This document shows positions 1-8,438 of a stretch of 64,000 nucleotides of DNA, in pieces. Source of the stretch: Clostridia bacterium (GTDB taxonomy: Bacteria; Bacillota; Clostridia; Oscillospirales; QAKW01); the NCBI GenBank assembly GCA_017937065.1, contig JAGBEI010000013.1:31333-95332 (forward strand), written 5' to 3'. Numbering within the stretch: the stretch's first letter is position 1; each line of letters opens with the position of its first letter. Made by a program: the position numbers and the translations under genes. Under the pieces are notes generated by a model. That model saw nothing but the letters and a program-made list of their open reading frames with translations. It did not search any database and was not told where the DNA came from.

Positions 1-145
1 TCCTGACCTGAACCTCATTGAGCTTCAGCGCAGACGCAACAGCCGCCGCGGAGATATATCCGCCGTCCGCCTCGCAGTTAACCAGATAATTCAGATAGTA
101 GGGCAGTCTTCTCAAGGTTTGGGTAGAGATACCCTGAATCTTCAT
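1..145 (-). CDS. rex: Redox-sensing transcriptional repressor Rex, N-terminal part (gene runs off the left edge)
   Basis: The reverse complement of 1..145 starts with ATG (143-145) and reads MKIQGISTQTLRRLPYYLNYLVNCEADGGYISAAAVASALKLNEVQVR. This fits the Rex N-terminal winged-helix pattern (RLPxY..YL ... IS ... LA..L .... QVRKD). It is too short to appear in the ORF track. Confidence 0.6.
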   Translation of the reverse strand, partial: MKIQGISTQTLRRLPYYLNYLVNCEADGGYISAAAVASALKLNEVQVR

Positions 146-665
146 ATTTCAATCACTTCTTATCGATAACGTTTTATCAATTATACAATATCGAATTCAT
201 TAAATCAAGAGGAAAATATAAATTTTTTATTATATGTAACATTGCACAAACATGTGCGCTAAACACTATATGATTTTGTGAAAATTCCGTATTATCCGAG
301 TCTATCAGCCGTCATATTACAGTAAAGCCCCGAAGAAACGGATTTTTATTCAAATGCAGCTTATATTTATTTTATTATATTGTAAAAAGACAGCGGCGGA
401 TTTATAAATTGCAGGAATTTGCCCAATATAAAAATCCCCATGCAAAATCAAATTTGCAAAGGGATTTTGATAATTAAATATTTAACGGCAGCTATCGGAT
501 TTTCAAACAAGCCAATAAGTTGCGCTGTACCGACCGCCGTTTATAAATACCTCTGTTGTTTTGGTACCGCGCAAAACCGCAATTTCCCTTACCCCGTTTT
601 CGGGACGCAGAACAATTTTTTATCAATACGGACGCAGCCGTCTTGTATCTCCGCCGAATATCCTG

Positions 666-1751
666 TCAGGAATTGGCTTTCTCAAAGTCCTCAATAAACT
701 TAATCAGCTTATCGACGCCCTCCTCCGGCATCGCATTGTAAATGGACGCGCGCATACCGCCTACGGAACGGTGACCCTTGAGGTTCTGGAAGCCCGCCGC
801 AGCGCTCTCCTTGACAAACTTTGCGTTCATATCGTCGCTCTCTGCACGGAAGGTAACGTTCATCATAGAGCGGCACTCCTTAGCAACAGGATTACTGAAC
901 AGCCTGCTCTTTTCAAGACATGCATAAAGCTTGTCGGCTTTTCTCTTGTTGATTTCCTTCATTGCCTCAAGACCGCCCAGGCTCTTTATCCATTCCAGCA
1001 CCAGCTTGCAGATATAAATGGGATAGCAGGGCGGAGTATTGTACATCGAGCCGTTTTCAGCCATAACCTTGTAGCTGCATACGGTAGGCACGAAATCAGG
1101 CAAATCGTCGCGCAGCATATCCTCTCTGACAATTACGATTGTAAGACCTGCGGGCGCGACGTTTTTCTGTGCGCCGGCATAAATGAGCGCGAATTTTGAG
1201 ACGTCAACCGGCTCTGAAAGTATGCAGGAGCTCATGTCGGCAACGAGCGGCACGCCGTTTGTATCGGGGATATAATCCCACTTGGTTCCGAAAATGGTGT
1301 TGTTGAAGCAGATATGTACAAAATCCGCGTCGGGACGCAGATCAAGCTCGCTCTGACGGGGTATGCGCGTAAAGTTTTCGTCCTTAGTGGTTGCCGCAAG
1401 GTGCGCGTCGCCGTACTTCTGACCCTCTTTATACGCCTTCCCCGAAAACTGACCCGTGACAACATAATCCATTTTGCCTGTTTTCATAAGGTTCATAACA
1501 ACGCTTGCAAACTGGAGCGAAGCGCCGCCCTGCAAAAACAGCACCTTATAATTATCGGGGATATTCATGACCTCGCGCATCAGCTTTTCAGCCTCAACGA
1601 TAATGTCGTCAAAGAATTTCGAGCGGTGGCTCATCTCCATAACCGACATGCCTGACCCGCCGTAATTGAGCATTTCGTCGCGCGCCCTTTCCAAAACGGG
1701 CACGGGCAGCATGGAGGGACCTGCCGAAAAATTGTAAATTCTGTCGTACAT
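666..1751 (-). CDS. serC: Phosphoserine aminotransferase
   Basis: 361-aa ORF. The N-terminus (MYDRIYNFSAGPSMLPVPVLE) and the overall class-V aminotransferase layout are typical of SerC. Confidence 0.9.
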   Translation of the reverse strand: MYDRIYNFSAGPSMLPVPVLERARDEMLNYGGSGMSVMEMSHRSKFFDDIIVEAEKLMREVMNIPDNYKVLFLQGGASLQFASVVMNLMKTGKMDYVVTGQFSGKAYKEGQKYGDAHLAATTKDENFTRIPRQSELDLRPDADFVHICFNNTIFGTKWDYIPDTNGVPLVADMSSCILSEPVDVSKFALIYAGAQKNVAPAGLTIVIVREDMLRDDLPDFVPTVCSYKVMAENGSMYNTPPCYPIYICKLVLEWIKSLGGLEAMKEINKRKADKLYACLEKSRLFSNPVAKECRSMMNVTFRAESDDMNAKFVKESAAAGFQNLKGHRSVGGMRASIYNAMPEEGVDKLIKFIEDFEKANS

Positions 1752-1896
1752 GACCTATGTCTCCTTTTCATTCCTTTTTAGTGACTATAAGTATATACCA
1801 ATTTTTCGTATAACGCAATATTTTTGCGTATAAAATTTTTATCTGCCGCTTTACTTTGGTTACTGCATACCGTATAATTTACACGAGGTGATAACA

Positions 1897-2988
1897 ATGA
1901 AACATAAGGTTGTATCAAGAATAGAAGATGGACCTTTTCGTTATCAGGCATGGCCCACTGTGTCAAAAGCAAAAGGCGGAACTCTTTTTGTAGGTGTTTC
2001 AGGACATCGTCAAGGACATTTCTGTCCGTTTGGAAAGAATTATCTTTATGAAAGTCACGATGAGGGTGAAACTTGGGTTGGTCCGCGCATTATTAATGAT
2101 TCTTATCTTGATGACAGAGATGTAGGGCTTTTAACCTGGGGAGAACAGAACTTGCTTATGTGTTCTGTTACCCATTCTCCCGAACAATATGCAAGTTGGG
2201 ATTTAAAAGCGGAGGGACGTCCACACTATAAGTGCCTGACACCTCTTTCTATGGGGTTAAGAGAACTGTGGAAGACATTACCCGAAAAAGATTTGCAACG
2301 TCGCTCGTTCGTTCGTATATCACATGATAACGGTAAAAACTGGTCGGAAAGACGTGACGCGCCTGTGTTTTGTCCTCACGGTCCCACGTTTTTGGATGAC
2401 GGTGGAATTTTATATATTGGAAGAAAATTTGATTTAGACCGTACAATTCACGATATACAGGCTTATGTGAGCTATGATGAAGGTGTAACTTGGAAATTTC
2501 GCTCACAAATCCCTTATCCTGCAGCATTAGAGAATGATTTGCAAAGTGAACCATATGCTATAAAACTTGGTAACGGTGAAATTCTTTTAGCAGTTCGTAG
2601 TGAGAAGAATGTTTCACCATCTGACAAAGAATCGCTGAAAATATTTTTAACCCGCTCTTGCGATGACGGTAAAAGCTGGTCTGAGCCGCAAATTCTGAAT
2701 GTCAACGGTGCACCGCCTCATCTTTTACAACATTCTTCGGGAGCAATCATTTTAGCTTATTCGAGCCGTAAGGAACCGATGGGCGAATATGTGAGAGTGA
2801 GCTATGATAACGGTAAAACCTGGTCAAAGGATACTTGTATTGCACCTGTGGATTTTTGGGATCACGGTTATCCTACATCAGTTGAGCTTGCTAACGGTGA
2901 TTTATTGACTACATATTACGGCAGATGCGATGGTGATGATTATAATTCTATACATTCAGTTCGTTGGAATTTGAGTGAAGTGGAATGA
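1897..2988 (+). CDS. BNR/Asp-box repeat protein, sialidase-like beta-propeller, no signal peptide
   Basis: Five Asp-box motifs S-x-D-x-G-x-(T/S)-W are present (SHDEGETW, SHDNGKNW, SYDEGVTW, SCDDGKSW, SYDNGKTW), spaced about 60-70 aa apart. ATG 1897 lies 8 nt after GAGG; the track start at 1888 is a GTG inside the RBS. The gene is visibly AT-richer than its neighbours. Confidence 0.8.
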   Translation: MKHKVVSRIEDGPFRYQAWPTVSKAKGGTLFVGVSGHRQGHFCPFGKNYLYESHDEGETWVGPRIINDSYLDDRDVGLLTWGEQNLLMCSVTHSPEQYASWDLKAEGRPHYKCLTPLSMGLRELWKTLPEKDLQRRSFVRISHDNGKNWSERRDAPVFCPHGPTFLDDGGILYIGRKFDLDRTIHDIQAYVSYDEGVTWKFRSQIPYPAALENDLQSEPYAIKLGNGEILLAVRSEKNVSPSDKESLKIFLTRSCDDGKSWSEPQILNVNGAPPHLLQHSSGAIILAYSSRKEPMGEYVRVSYDNGKTWSKDTCIAPVDFWDHGYPTSVELANGDLLTTYYGRCDGDDYNSIHSVRWNLSEVE

Positions 2989-3058
2989 AAATCGTATAAA
3001 CAAAAATTTTAAGAAAGGAAAAATAATTAAACCACCGGTTTAATTATACGTGCTAACA

Positions 3059-3970
3059 ATGAAACTGTATGCAAACCTGCATTTACACTCAACGCACTCA
3101 GACGGACCGTACACGCCCGCACAGCTTGCCGCTGTCGCAAAGAACGAGGGATACGGTGCGGCGGCGCTTACCGACCACGACACGGTGAGCGGCTGCGGGC
3201 AGATGAAAAAAGAATGTGAAAAGCTGGGGCTGGAGTATATTTTCGGCGCCGAATTTACGGTAAAGGAGCCGCACCCGTTTCATATCGTCGGCTTTGATTT
3301 TGATCCGCAGTACCGGCCGATGCGGGAGTACCTTGCACGTCTCAGCGAAAAGGAGACGCATCAGACGCGCGCGGTTTTTGAACTCGCACTTGAGAACGGC
3401 GGAATAAGCGGCATCACATGGGAAGAGGTGCTGGATTTCAACAAAGGGGTTACGTGGCTGTGCAACAACCATGTTTTTGAAGCGATGAAGGCAAAGGGGC
3501 TTGTAAAGCAGTCCGAGTACATGGAGTTTTTTAACAAAAACTTCAGAGCACAGCGCAAAGCCGTAAAATCCGATATACGCATGAAAACGGCAGGCGAGCT
3601 GATATCGCTCATCCATGAGGCGGGAGGGCTTGCGGTTCTCGCCCATCCGCACAACCAGCTTGAGTTTGTGCCGTCGCTGATTGAGGCGGGGCTGGACGGA
3701 ATAGAGGTATGGCACCCGGATTTGAGCGGAGAGGAAAGGCTTGAAGCGTATAAAACCGCCGTTGAATATAACCTGTACATTTCGGGCGGAAGCGACCACA
3801 GCGGCTTGTGCGGAGGATATTATGATTCGTTTGAAAGCGAAGCCGCGCTGAAAAACAGTCCGCTGTATATAAAGCCGATGTCGGCAGGGACTTCAAAGGA
3901 GTTTTTCGACGAAATCAAAAACAGAGAAAAGCGCAGCCGCGAAGATTATACATTTTCCGAAATGTGTTGA
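3059..3970 (+). CDS. PHP-domain metal-dependent phosphoesterase
   Basis: The N-terminus LHLHSTHSDG ... ALTDHDTVSG carries the PHP (polymerase/histidinol phosphatase) histidine motifs. ATG 3059 is preferred over the GTG at 3050. Confidence 0.8.
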   Translation: MKLYANLHLHSTHSDGPYTPAQLAAVAKNEGYGAAALTDHDTVSGCGQMKKECEKLGLEYIFGAEFTVKEPHPFHIVGFDFDPQYRPMREYLARLSEKETHQTRAVFELALENGGISGITWEEVLDFNKGVTWLCNNHVFEAMKAKGLVKQSEYMEFFNKNFRAQRKAVKSDIRMKTAGELISLIHEAGGLAVLAHPHNQLEFVPSLIEAGLDGIEVWHPDLSGEERLEAYKTAVEYNLYISGGSDHSGLCGGYYDSFESEAALKNSPLYIKPMSAGTSKEFFDEIKNREKRSREDYTFSEMC

Positions 3971-4005
3971 CAAACAGACGCGGTTATGATAAAATAATCG
4001 CGCTT

Positions 4006-4093
4006 GGAGGGATATCGAAGCGGTCATAACGAGGCGGTCTTGAAAACCGTTTGCCCAAAAGGCACAAGGGTTCGAATCCCTTTCCCTCCGCCA
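4006..4093 (+). tRNA. tRNA-Ser (anticodon TGA), class II with long variable arm, CCA encoded
   Basis: GGAGGGA acceptor pairs with TCCCTCC. The anticodon loop is CT-TGA-AA inside stem GGCGG/ACCGT(T). The long variable arm is TTGCCCAAAAGGCA, the T-arm is AGGGTTCGAATCCCT, and a terminal GCCA is present. Confidence 0.9.
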
Positions 4094-4152
4094 AGTCGCC
4101 GCAAGCTAAGTCTGCTTGCGGCAATTTTTTTGACATCTTCAGAGGTACAAAA

Positions 4153-4440
4153 ATGAACATAAAAGAGCTGAAAAAAGAATTTAACAATATATGCAAAGCC
4201 GAAAAAAGAAAGTGCTGCAAATTCAAGCTTGCCGGCATGATTTTATCCCTGATCGGGCTGATAGCAGTAATTGCGACTCTGTATGTAAACTTTACCACCG
4301 ACCTGCTTGTATACCCCGCTCAGCTTGTGCTGCTGGGAGTGGGCGCGGCAATCGCACTGGCAGGAATAGTTTTTGATGTCATGGGCGAAGCTGCCTTCAA
4401 AAAGGATTTTGAACAGTATCTTGCCGAAAAGCAGCAATAG
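4153..4440 (+). CDS. Small membrane protein (95 aa, two predicted TM helices), unknown function
   Basis: ATG 4153 lies just downstream of the tRNA. Hydrophobic stretches LAGMILSLIGLIAVIATLYV and LVLLGVGAAIALAGIVFDV are present. The track ORF start at 4051 would overlap the tRNA. Confidence 0.5.
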   Translation: MNIKELKKEFNNICKAEKRKCCKFKLAGMILSLIGLIAVIATLYVNFTTDLLVYPAQLVLLGVGAAIALAGIVFDVMGEAAFKKDFEQYLAEKQQ

Positions 4441-4546
4441 TACGCAAGATTTTTCCCGCCTGTATTTTCTTTTACGGGTTTGATTTTATCCTGCGCGGCA
4501 AGGCGGCTTTTACCGCCTTGTCTTTTATAAATTTAAGGAGACAAGC

Positions 4547-5251
4547 ATGATTACGACTGTACTTTTTGATTTGGACGGCACGCTGCTGCCTATGGACAAC
4601 GATGTCTTTACAAAGGGCTATTTCAAGTTTCTTGTAAAAAAGCTTAGCCCTCACGGCTATGACCCGCAGCAGCTCGTCGACGGTATCTGGGCAGGCACGG
4701 CGGCTATGGTGAAAAATGACGGTGCCTGCACTAACGAGGAGGTATTCTGGAAGAAATTCTCCTCCGTTTTCGGGGACATGTGCCTTGAGGACAAGCCGGT
4801 TTTTGATGAATTTTACAAATGTGAATTTAAGCTGGCGCGCGACTTTTGCGGCTTTAATCCCAAAGCGCGCGAGGCGGTGAACACGGCAAAGGCACGCGGC
4901 TTGCGCACGGCTTTGGCGACAAATCCGATTTTTCCGGCGGTCGCCACGGAAATCAGAATCGGCTGGGCAGGGCTTGACGTGTCGGATTTCGAGCTGTATA
5001 CCACCTATGAAAACAGCCGCTTTTGCAAGCCGAGTCTCAGCTATTACAGGGAGATACTGCAAAAGCTGAGCTGCGGCGCCGAAGAATGTCTCATGGTGGG
5101 AAACGACGCCGACGAGGATATGATTGCGACGGAGCTCGGAATGCAGGTGTTTTTGCTTACCGACTGTCTGATTAACAAGTCGTCAAAAGACCTTGCAGAC
5201 TGTCCGCAGGGAGGCTTTGACGAGCTTATTAAATTTATAAAGAATATATAA
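4547..5251 (+). CDS. HAD-superfamily hydrolase
   Basis: Motif I VLFDLDGTLLPMD and a C-terminal GNDADEDM (motif IV-like) are present. Confidence 0.8.
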   Translation: MITTVLFDLDGTLLPMDNDVFTKGYFKFLVKKLSPHGYDPQQLVDGIWAGTAAMVKNDGACTNEEVFWKKFSSVFGDMCLEDKPVFDEFYKCEFKLARDFCGFNPKAREAVNTAKARGLRTALATNPIFPAVATEIRIGWAGLDVSDFELYTTYENSRFCKPSLSYYREILQKLSCGAEECLMVGNDADEDMIATELGMQVFLLTDCLINKSSKDLADCPQGGFDELIKFIKNI

Positions 5252-5532
5252 GCCGGTATTTCACAGCGCATTTGTATCGCATTCTCTGTTTACTTCATAT
5301 AATATAAAAAGCAAATGCACCGGAAAACCAAAAAGGTAGTTCCGGTGCATTGCCGCTGTCTTCGCCGGGCTGCTTACCCCCGGCGATACAGCTGATAGGA
5401 GAAAATATGGGGGAGAATTATGAAAAAGTTATGCTTTTCTCAAGCACGTCTATATTAAACCATAAAAATATGTCAAAAGTATAAACTGCATTTTAATTAT
5501 CGTTTAAAAATCAGATAAAAACGGGGAGAAAC

Positions 5533-6702
5533 ATGTCACTTACATATAAACATACACTTGCGGCAAGCTACACGGGATATATTACTCAGGCAGTGGTAAA
5601 CAATCTTATACCGCTGCTGTTTGTCACATTTTCAAAGCAGTTTGACATAAGTCTTGTACAGATAAGCTTTCTTATCGTCATGAACTTCTCGGTTCAGATA
5701 GCGGTTGACATTGCCGCGGCGGCGTTTGTCGACAGGCTGGGCTTTAAGCGCGGCGCGGTCATAGCGCATATCTGCGCGGCGGCGGGTCTTATCGGGCTCG
5801 GGATTTTCCCGTTTGTGATTAATCCGCCGATTATCGGCATAATAATATCGGTGGTGCTGTCTGCCGTCGGCGGCGGACTGTGCGAGGTTATCATAAGCCC
5901 TGTCGTTGAATCGCTGCCGCTTGAAAATAAAGCCGCCAACATGAGCATACTGCACTCGTTTTACTGCTGGGGTCAGATGGCGGTGGTGCTGCTGTCAACG
6001 CTGTATTTCACCCTGCTCGGCACGGAAAGCTGGAGATTTCTTCCCATGCTCTGGGCTGTTCTGCCCGCGCTGAACGCCGTCTTATTCAGCGTTGTTCCCA
6101 TTTACCCGCTGTGCGAGCCGGAGGAGAAAATGAGCATATTGACTCTTGCCTCCAGCCCCGCGTTTTTGCTGTTTTTCCTGCTGATGTTCTGCGCGGGCGC
6201 GGCAGAGCTTGCAATGTCGCAGTGGGCGTCCTACTTTGCCGAGCAGGGACTCATGGTTTCCAAGACCGTGGGCGACCTGCTCGGTCCCTGCGCCTTTGCG
6301 TTTACAATGGGACTGTCGCGCGTGCTTTTTTCCAAGCTTGAAAAGCGCTGTGACCTGAAAACAATGCTGGCGATTTCATCGGGAATGTGCATTGCTTCCT
6401 ATCTGCTTGCCTCGCTCTCCCCATGGTCGGTGCCCGCGCTGCTGGGCTGCGCGCTGTGCGGAATGTCGGTAGGCTTAATGTGGCCCGGTGTTACAAGTCT
6501 TGCCGCGGCAAAATACAGGCGCGGCGGAGGCTCGATGTTTGCAATGCTTGCTATCGGCGGAGATATCGGCTGCTCATTCGGCCCGTGGCTTGTCGGAATT
6601 ATATCAAACAGCGCCGGACGCTTGCAAACAGGACTTTTATTTGCTATAATTTTCCCGATGGTTATGCTTATCGGATGCTTAAAACTCAGAAAAAGAATAT
6701 AG
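5533..6702 (+). CDS. MFS transporter
   Basis: 389 aa with about 12 hydrophobic segments. A loop 2-3 motif-like DRLGFKRG is present. Confidence 0.8.
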   Translation: MSLTYKHTLAASYTGYITQAVVNNLIPLLFVTFSKQFDISLVQISFLIVMNFSVQIAVDIAAAAFVDRLGFKRGAVIAHICAAAGLIGLGIFPFVINPPIIGIIISVVLSAVGGGLCEVIISPVVESLPLENKAANMSILHSFYCWGQMAVVLLSTLYFTLLGTESWRFLPMLWAVLPALNAVLFSVVPIYPLCEPEEKMSILTLASSPAFLLFFLLMFCAGAAELAMSQWASYFAEQGLMVSKTVGDLLGPCAFAFTMGLSRVLFSKLEKRCDLKTMLAISSGMCIASYLLASLSPWSVPALLGCALCGMSVGLMWPGVTSLAAAKYRRGGGSMFAMLAIGGDIGCSFGPWLVGIISNSAGRLQTGLLFAIIFPMVMLIGCLKLRKRI

Positions 6703-6714
6703 GAGATGTTGAAA

Positions 6715-7536
6715 ATGTCAGATTGTACACATGATTGCTCGACCTGCGGCGAGGACTGCGCGTCGAGAAAGCAGGGTATCCCGAAAGAAAAACCGCACGA
6801 GCTTTCCGATATCAAAAAGGTTATCGGCGTCGTATCCGGCAAAGGCGGCGTGGGCAAAAGCCTTACAACCGCGATGCTTGCCGTCACTATGCAGCGGCGC
6901 GGTTTTAAAACCGCCCTTCTTGACGCGGATATCACAGGCCCGTCCGCACCCAAGCTGTTCGGGCTGACAAAAAAAGCCCAAAGCGACGGCAGCGGGATTT
7001 ACCCCGTAGAGACCAAAAGCGGAATAAAGGTAATGTCGCTCAATCTTTTGCTTGAAAACGACAGCGACCCTGTCGTATGGCGCGGTCCCGTGATCGCGGG
7101 CGCCGTCAAGCAGTTCTGGACAGACGTTATCTGGAACGATGTGGACTATATGTTTGTGGACATGCCTCCCGGCACGGGGGATGTGCCGCTGACGGTATTC
7201 CAGAGCCTGCCGGTGGACGGAATTATTGTTGTCACCTCCCCGCAGGAGCTTGTATCCATGATTGTGACAAAGGCAGTCAAAATGGCGCAGCTGATGAACG
7301 TGCCGATTGTCGGAGTTATCGAAAATTACAGCTATCTTGTCTGCCCCGACTGCAAAAAGCGCATCAATGTTTTCGGTGACAGTCATATCGGTGAAATAAC
7401 CGACAATTTGGGAATAGACCTTTTGGCAAAAATTCCTATTGACCCCGAGCTTGCCTCGGTCTGCGACAAGGGGCTTATCGAGCTGTTTGAGGGCGAATGG
7501 GTGGAGAACGCATGCAATAAAATCGAAAAGCTGTAA
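6715..7536 (+). CDS. Mrp/NBP35 (ApbC-like) ATP-binding Fe-S cluster carrier protein
   Basis: A deviant Walker A (SGKGGVGKS), a CxxC near the C-terminal third (CPDCKK) and a Cys-rich N-terminus (DCTHDCSTCGEDC) are present. ATG 6715 lies 9 nt after GGAG; the track start at 6706 abuts the RBS. Confidence 0.85.
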   Translation: MSDCTHDCSTCGEDCASRKQGIPKEKPHELSDIKKVIGVVSGKGGVGKSLTTAMLAVTMQRRGFKTALLDADITGPSAPKLFGLTKKAQSDGSGIYPVETKSGIKVMSLNLLLENDSDPVVWRGPVIAGAVKQFWTDVIWNDVDYMFVDMPPGTGDVPLTVFQSLPVDGIIVVTSPQELVSMIVTKAVKMAQLMNVPIVGVIENYSYLVCPDCKKRINVFGDSHIGEITDNLGIDLLAKIPIDPELASVCDKGLIELFEGEWVENACNKIEKL

Positions 7537-7557
7537 TATACTGTTATCGGTGATAGT

Positions 7558-7854
7558 ATGAAGTTTTGTTGTCTTACCGAGCTTTTCAAAAAGGAACTCA
7601 TCTGCATAGAGGACGGGCGCAAGCTCGGGTATCCCACGGATGTGCAGATAGACTGCCGCTGCGGACAGATTGTCAATCTCATCGTACCGGCAAAGGGCAC
7701 ATTTTCCTTTTTCGGCGGTAAGGACTGTATAAAAATTCCCTGGTGCGACGTCGAGCGCATCGGGGAGGATGTCATCTGGGTATGCGGATGTCATGACGGA
7801 AAGGACAAAGACTGTGACAGACATAAAAAAAGAGACGACGACTGTTGCTGCTGA
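7558..7854 (+). CDS. YlmC/YmxH-family PRC-barrel sporulation protein with unusual Cys-rich C-terminal tail
   Basis: LFKKELICIEDGRKLGYPTDVQIDCRCGQIVNLIVP ... IPWCDVERIGEDVIWV matches the YlmC/YmxH pattern. The tail CGCHDGKDKDCDRHKKRDDDCCC is additional. Confidence 0.7.
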   Translation: MKFCCLTELFKKELICIEDGRKLGYPTDVQIDCRCGQIVNLIVPAKGTFSFFGGKDCIKIPWCDVERIGEDVIWVCGCHDGKDKDCDRHKKRDDDCCC

Positions 7855-8365
7855 GCTGTTTGAAAGCTGCTCGCTCAAAGCCGGAGATATAGTTATAGTC
7901 GGCTGCTCCTCAAGCGAGGTGACAGGCGGCGTAATAGGCAAAAATTCCTCGCCGGAGACGGGCAGGATTATTTTTGACGCGCTGAATTCCTTTTTTTCGG
8001 CACACGGTATTTTTGTTGCGGCGCAATGCTGCGAGCATTTGAACAGAGCTGTCATTTTAGAGACAGCGGCAGCAAAAGAACGCGGATACGAGCAGGTAAA
8101 CGTCGTGCCGTTTCCCAAGGCGGGCGGTTCCTTTGCAACAGCCGCTTACAATGCGTTCAAAGCCCCGTTTGCCGCAGAGAGCATCAGGGCGGACGCGGGC
8201 ATTGATATCGGCGGCACGCTGATAGGAATGCACTTAAAGCCGGTGGCAGTTCCCGTGCGTATCTCACAGAAAACAATAGGCGCCGCCGGCGTCATATGCG
8301 CCAGGACGCGCCCCAAGCTCATCGGCGGTGAGCGGGCTCACTATGACGATGAGCTTATGAAATAA
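7793..8365 (+). CDS. TIGR01440/DUF436-family protein
   Basis: LKAGDIVIVGCSSSEVTGGVIG ... AAQCCEHLNRA are characteristic DUF436 blocks. The start is uncertain (7769, 7793 or a later GTG). Every candidate start overlaps the upstream gene. Confidence 0.7.
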   Translation: MTERTKTVTDIKKETTTVAAELFESCSLKAGDIVIVGCSSSEVTGGVIGKNSSPETGRIIFDALNSFFSAHGIFVAAQCCEHLNRAVILETAAAKERGYEQVNVVPFPKAGGSFATAAYNAFKAPFAAESIRADAGIDIGGTLIGMHLKPVAVPVRISQKTIGAAGVICARTRPKLIGGERAHYDDELMK

Positions 8366-8388
8366 GCCCCGTATAACGGCTTATCTTA

Positions 8389-8418
8389 CAGGACGGCAGC
8401 ACACCGTCCTGTTTTTTA
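8389..8418 (+). terminator. Intrinsic terminator
   Basis: Stem ACAGGACGG pairs with CCGTCCTGT around loop CAGCACA, followed by TTTTT. Confidence 0.75.
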
Positions 8419-8438
8419 AAAATACTGATATACACGGA

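Noticed and set aside
276-288. A Rex-box-like TTGTGAAAATTCC upstream of rex, and the 10-bp palindrome TTATCGATAA at 160-169.
   Set aside because: Only one half-site matches the TTGTGAA-N4-TTCACAA consensus, because the right half is CCGTATT. The short palindrome is AT-rich and could arise by chance. This is not enough evidence for an operator call.
561-1199. A 212-aa plus-strand ORF overlapping serC.
   Set aside because: It lies antisense to an unambiguous serC gene and carries no recognisable motif.
6718-8118. A 466-aa ORF on the minus strand spanning the mrp, ylmC and DUF436 genes.
   Set aside because: It lies antisense to three genes with clear family motifs. Its product is Ala/Arg/Gly/Pro-biased low-information sequence with no motif or RBS. 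This is a typical shadow ORF in GC-rich coding DNA.
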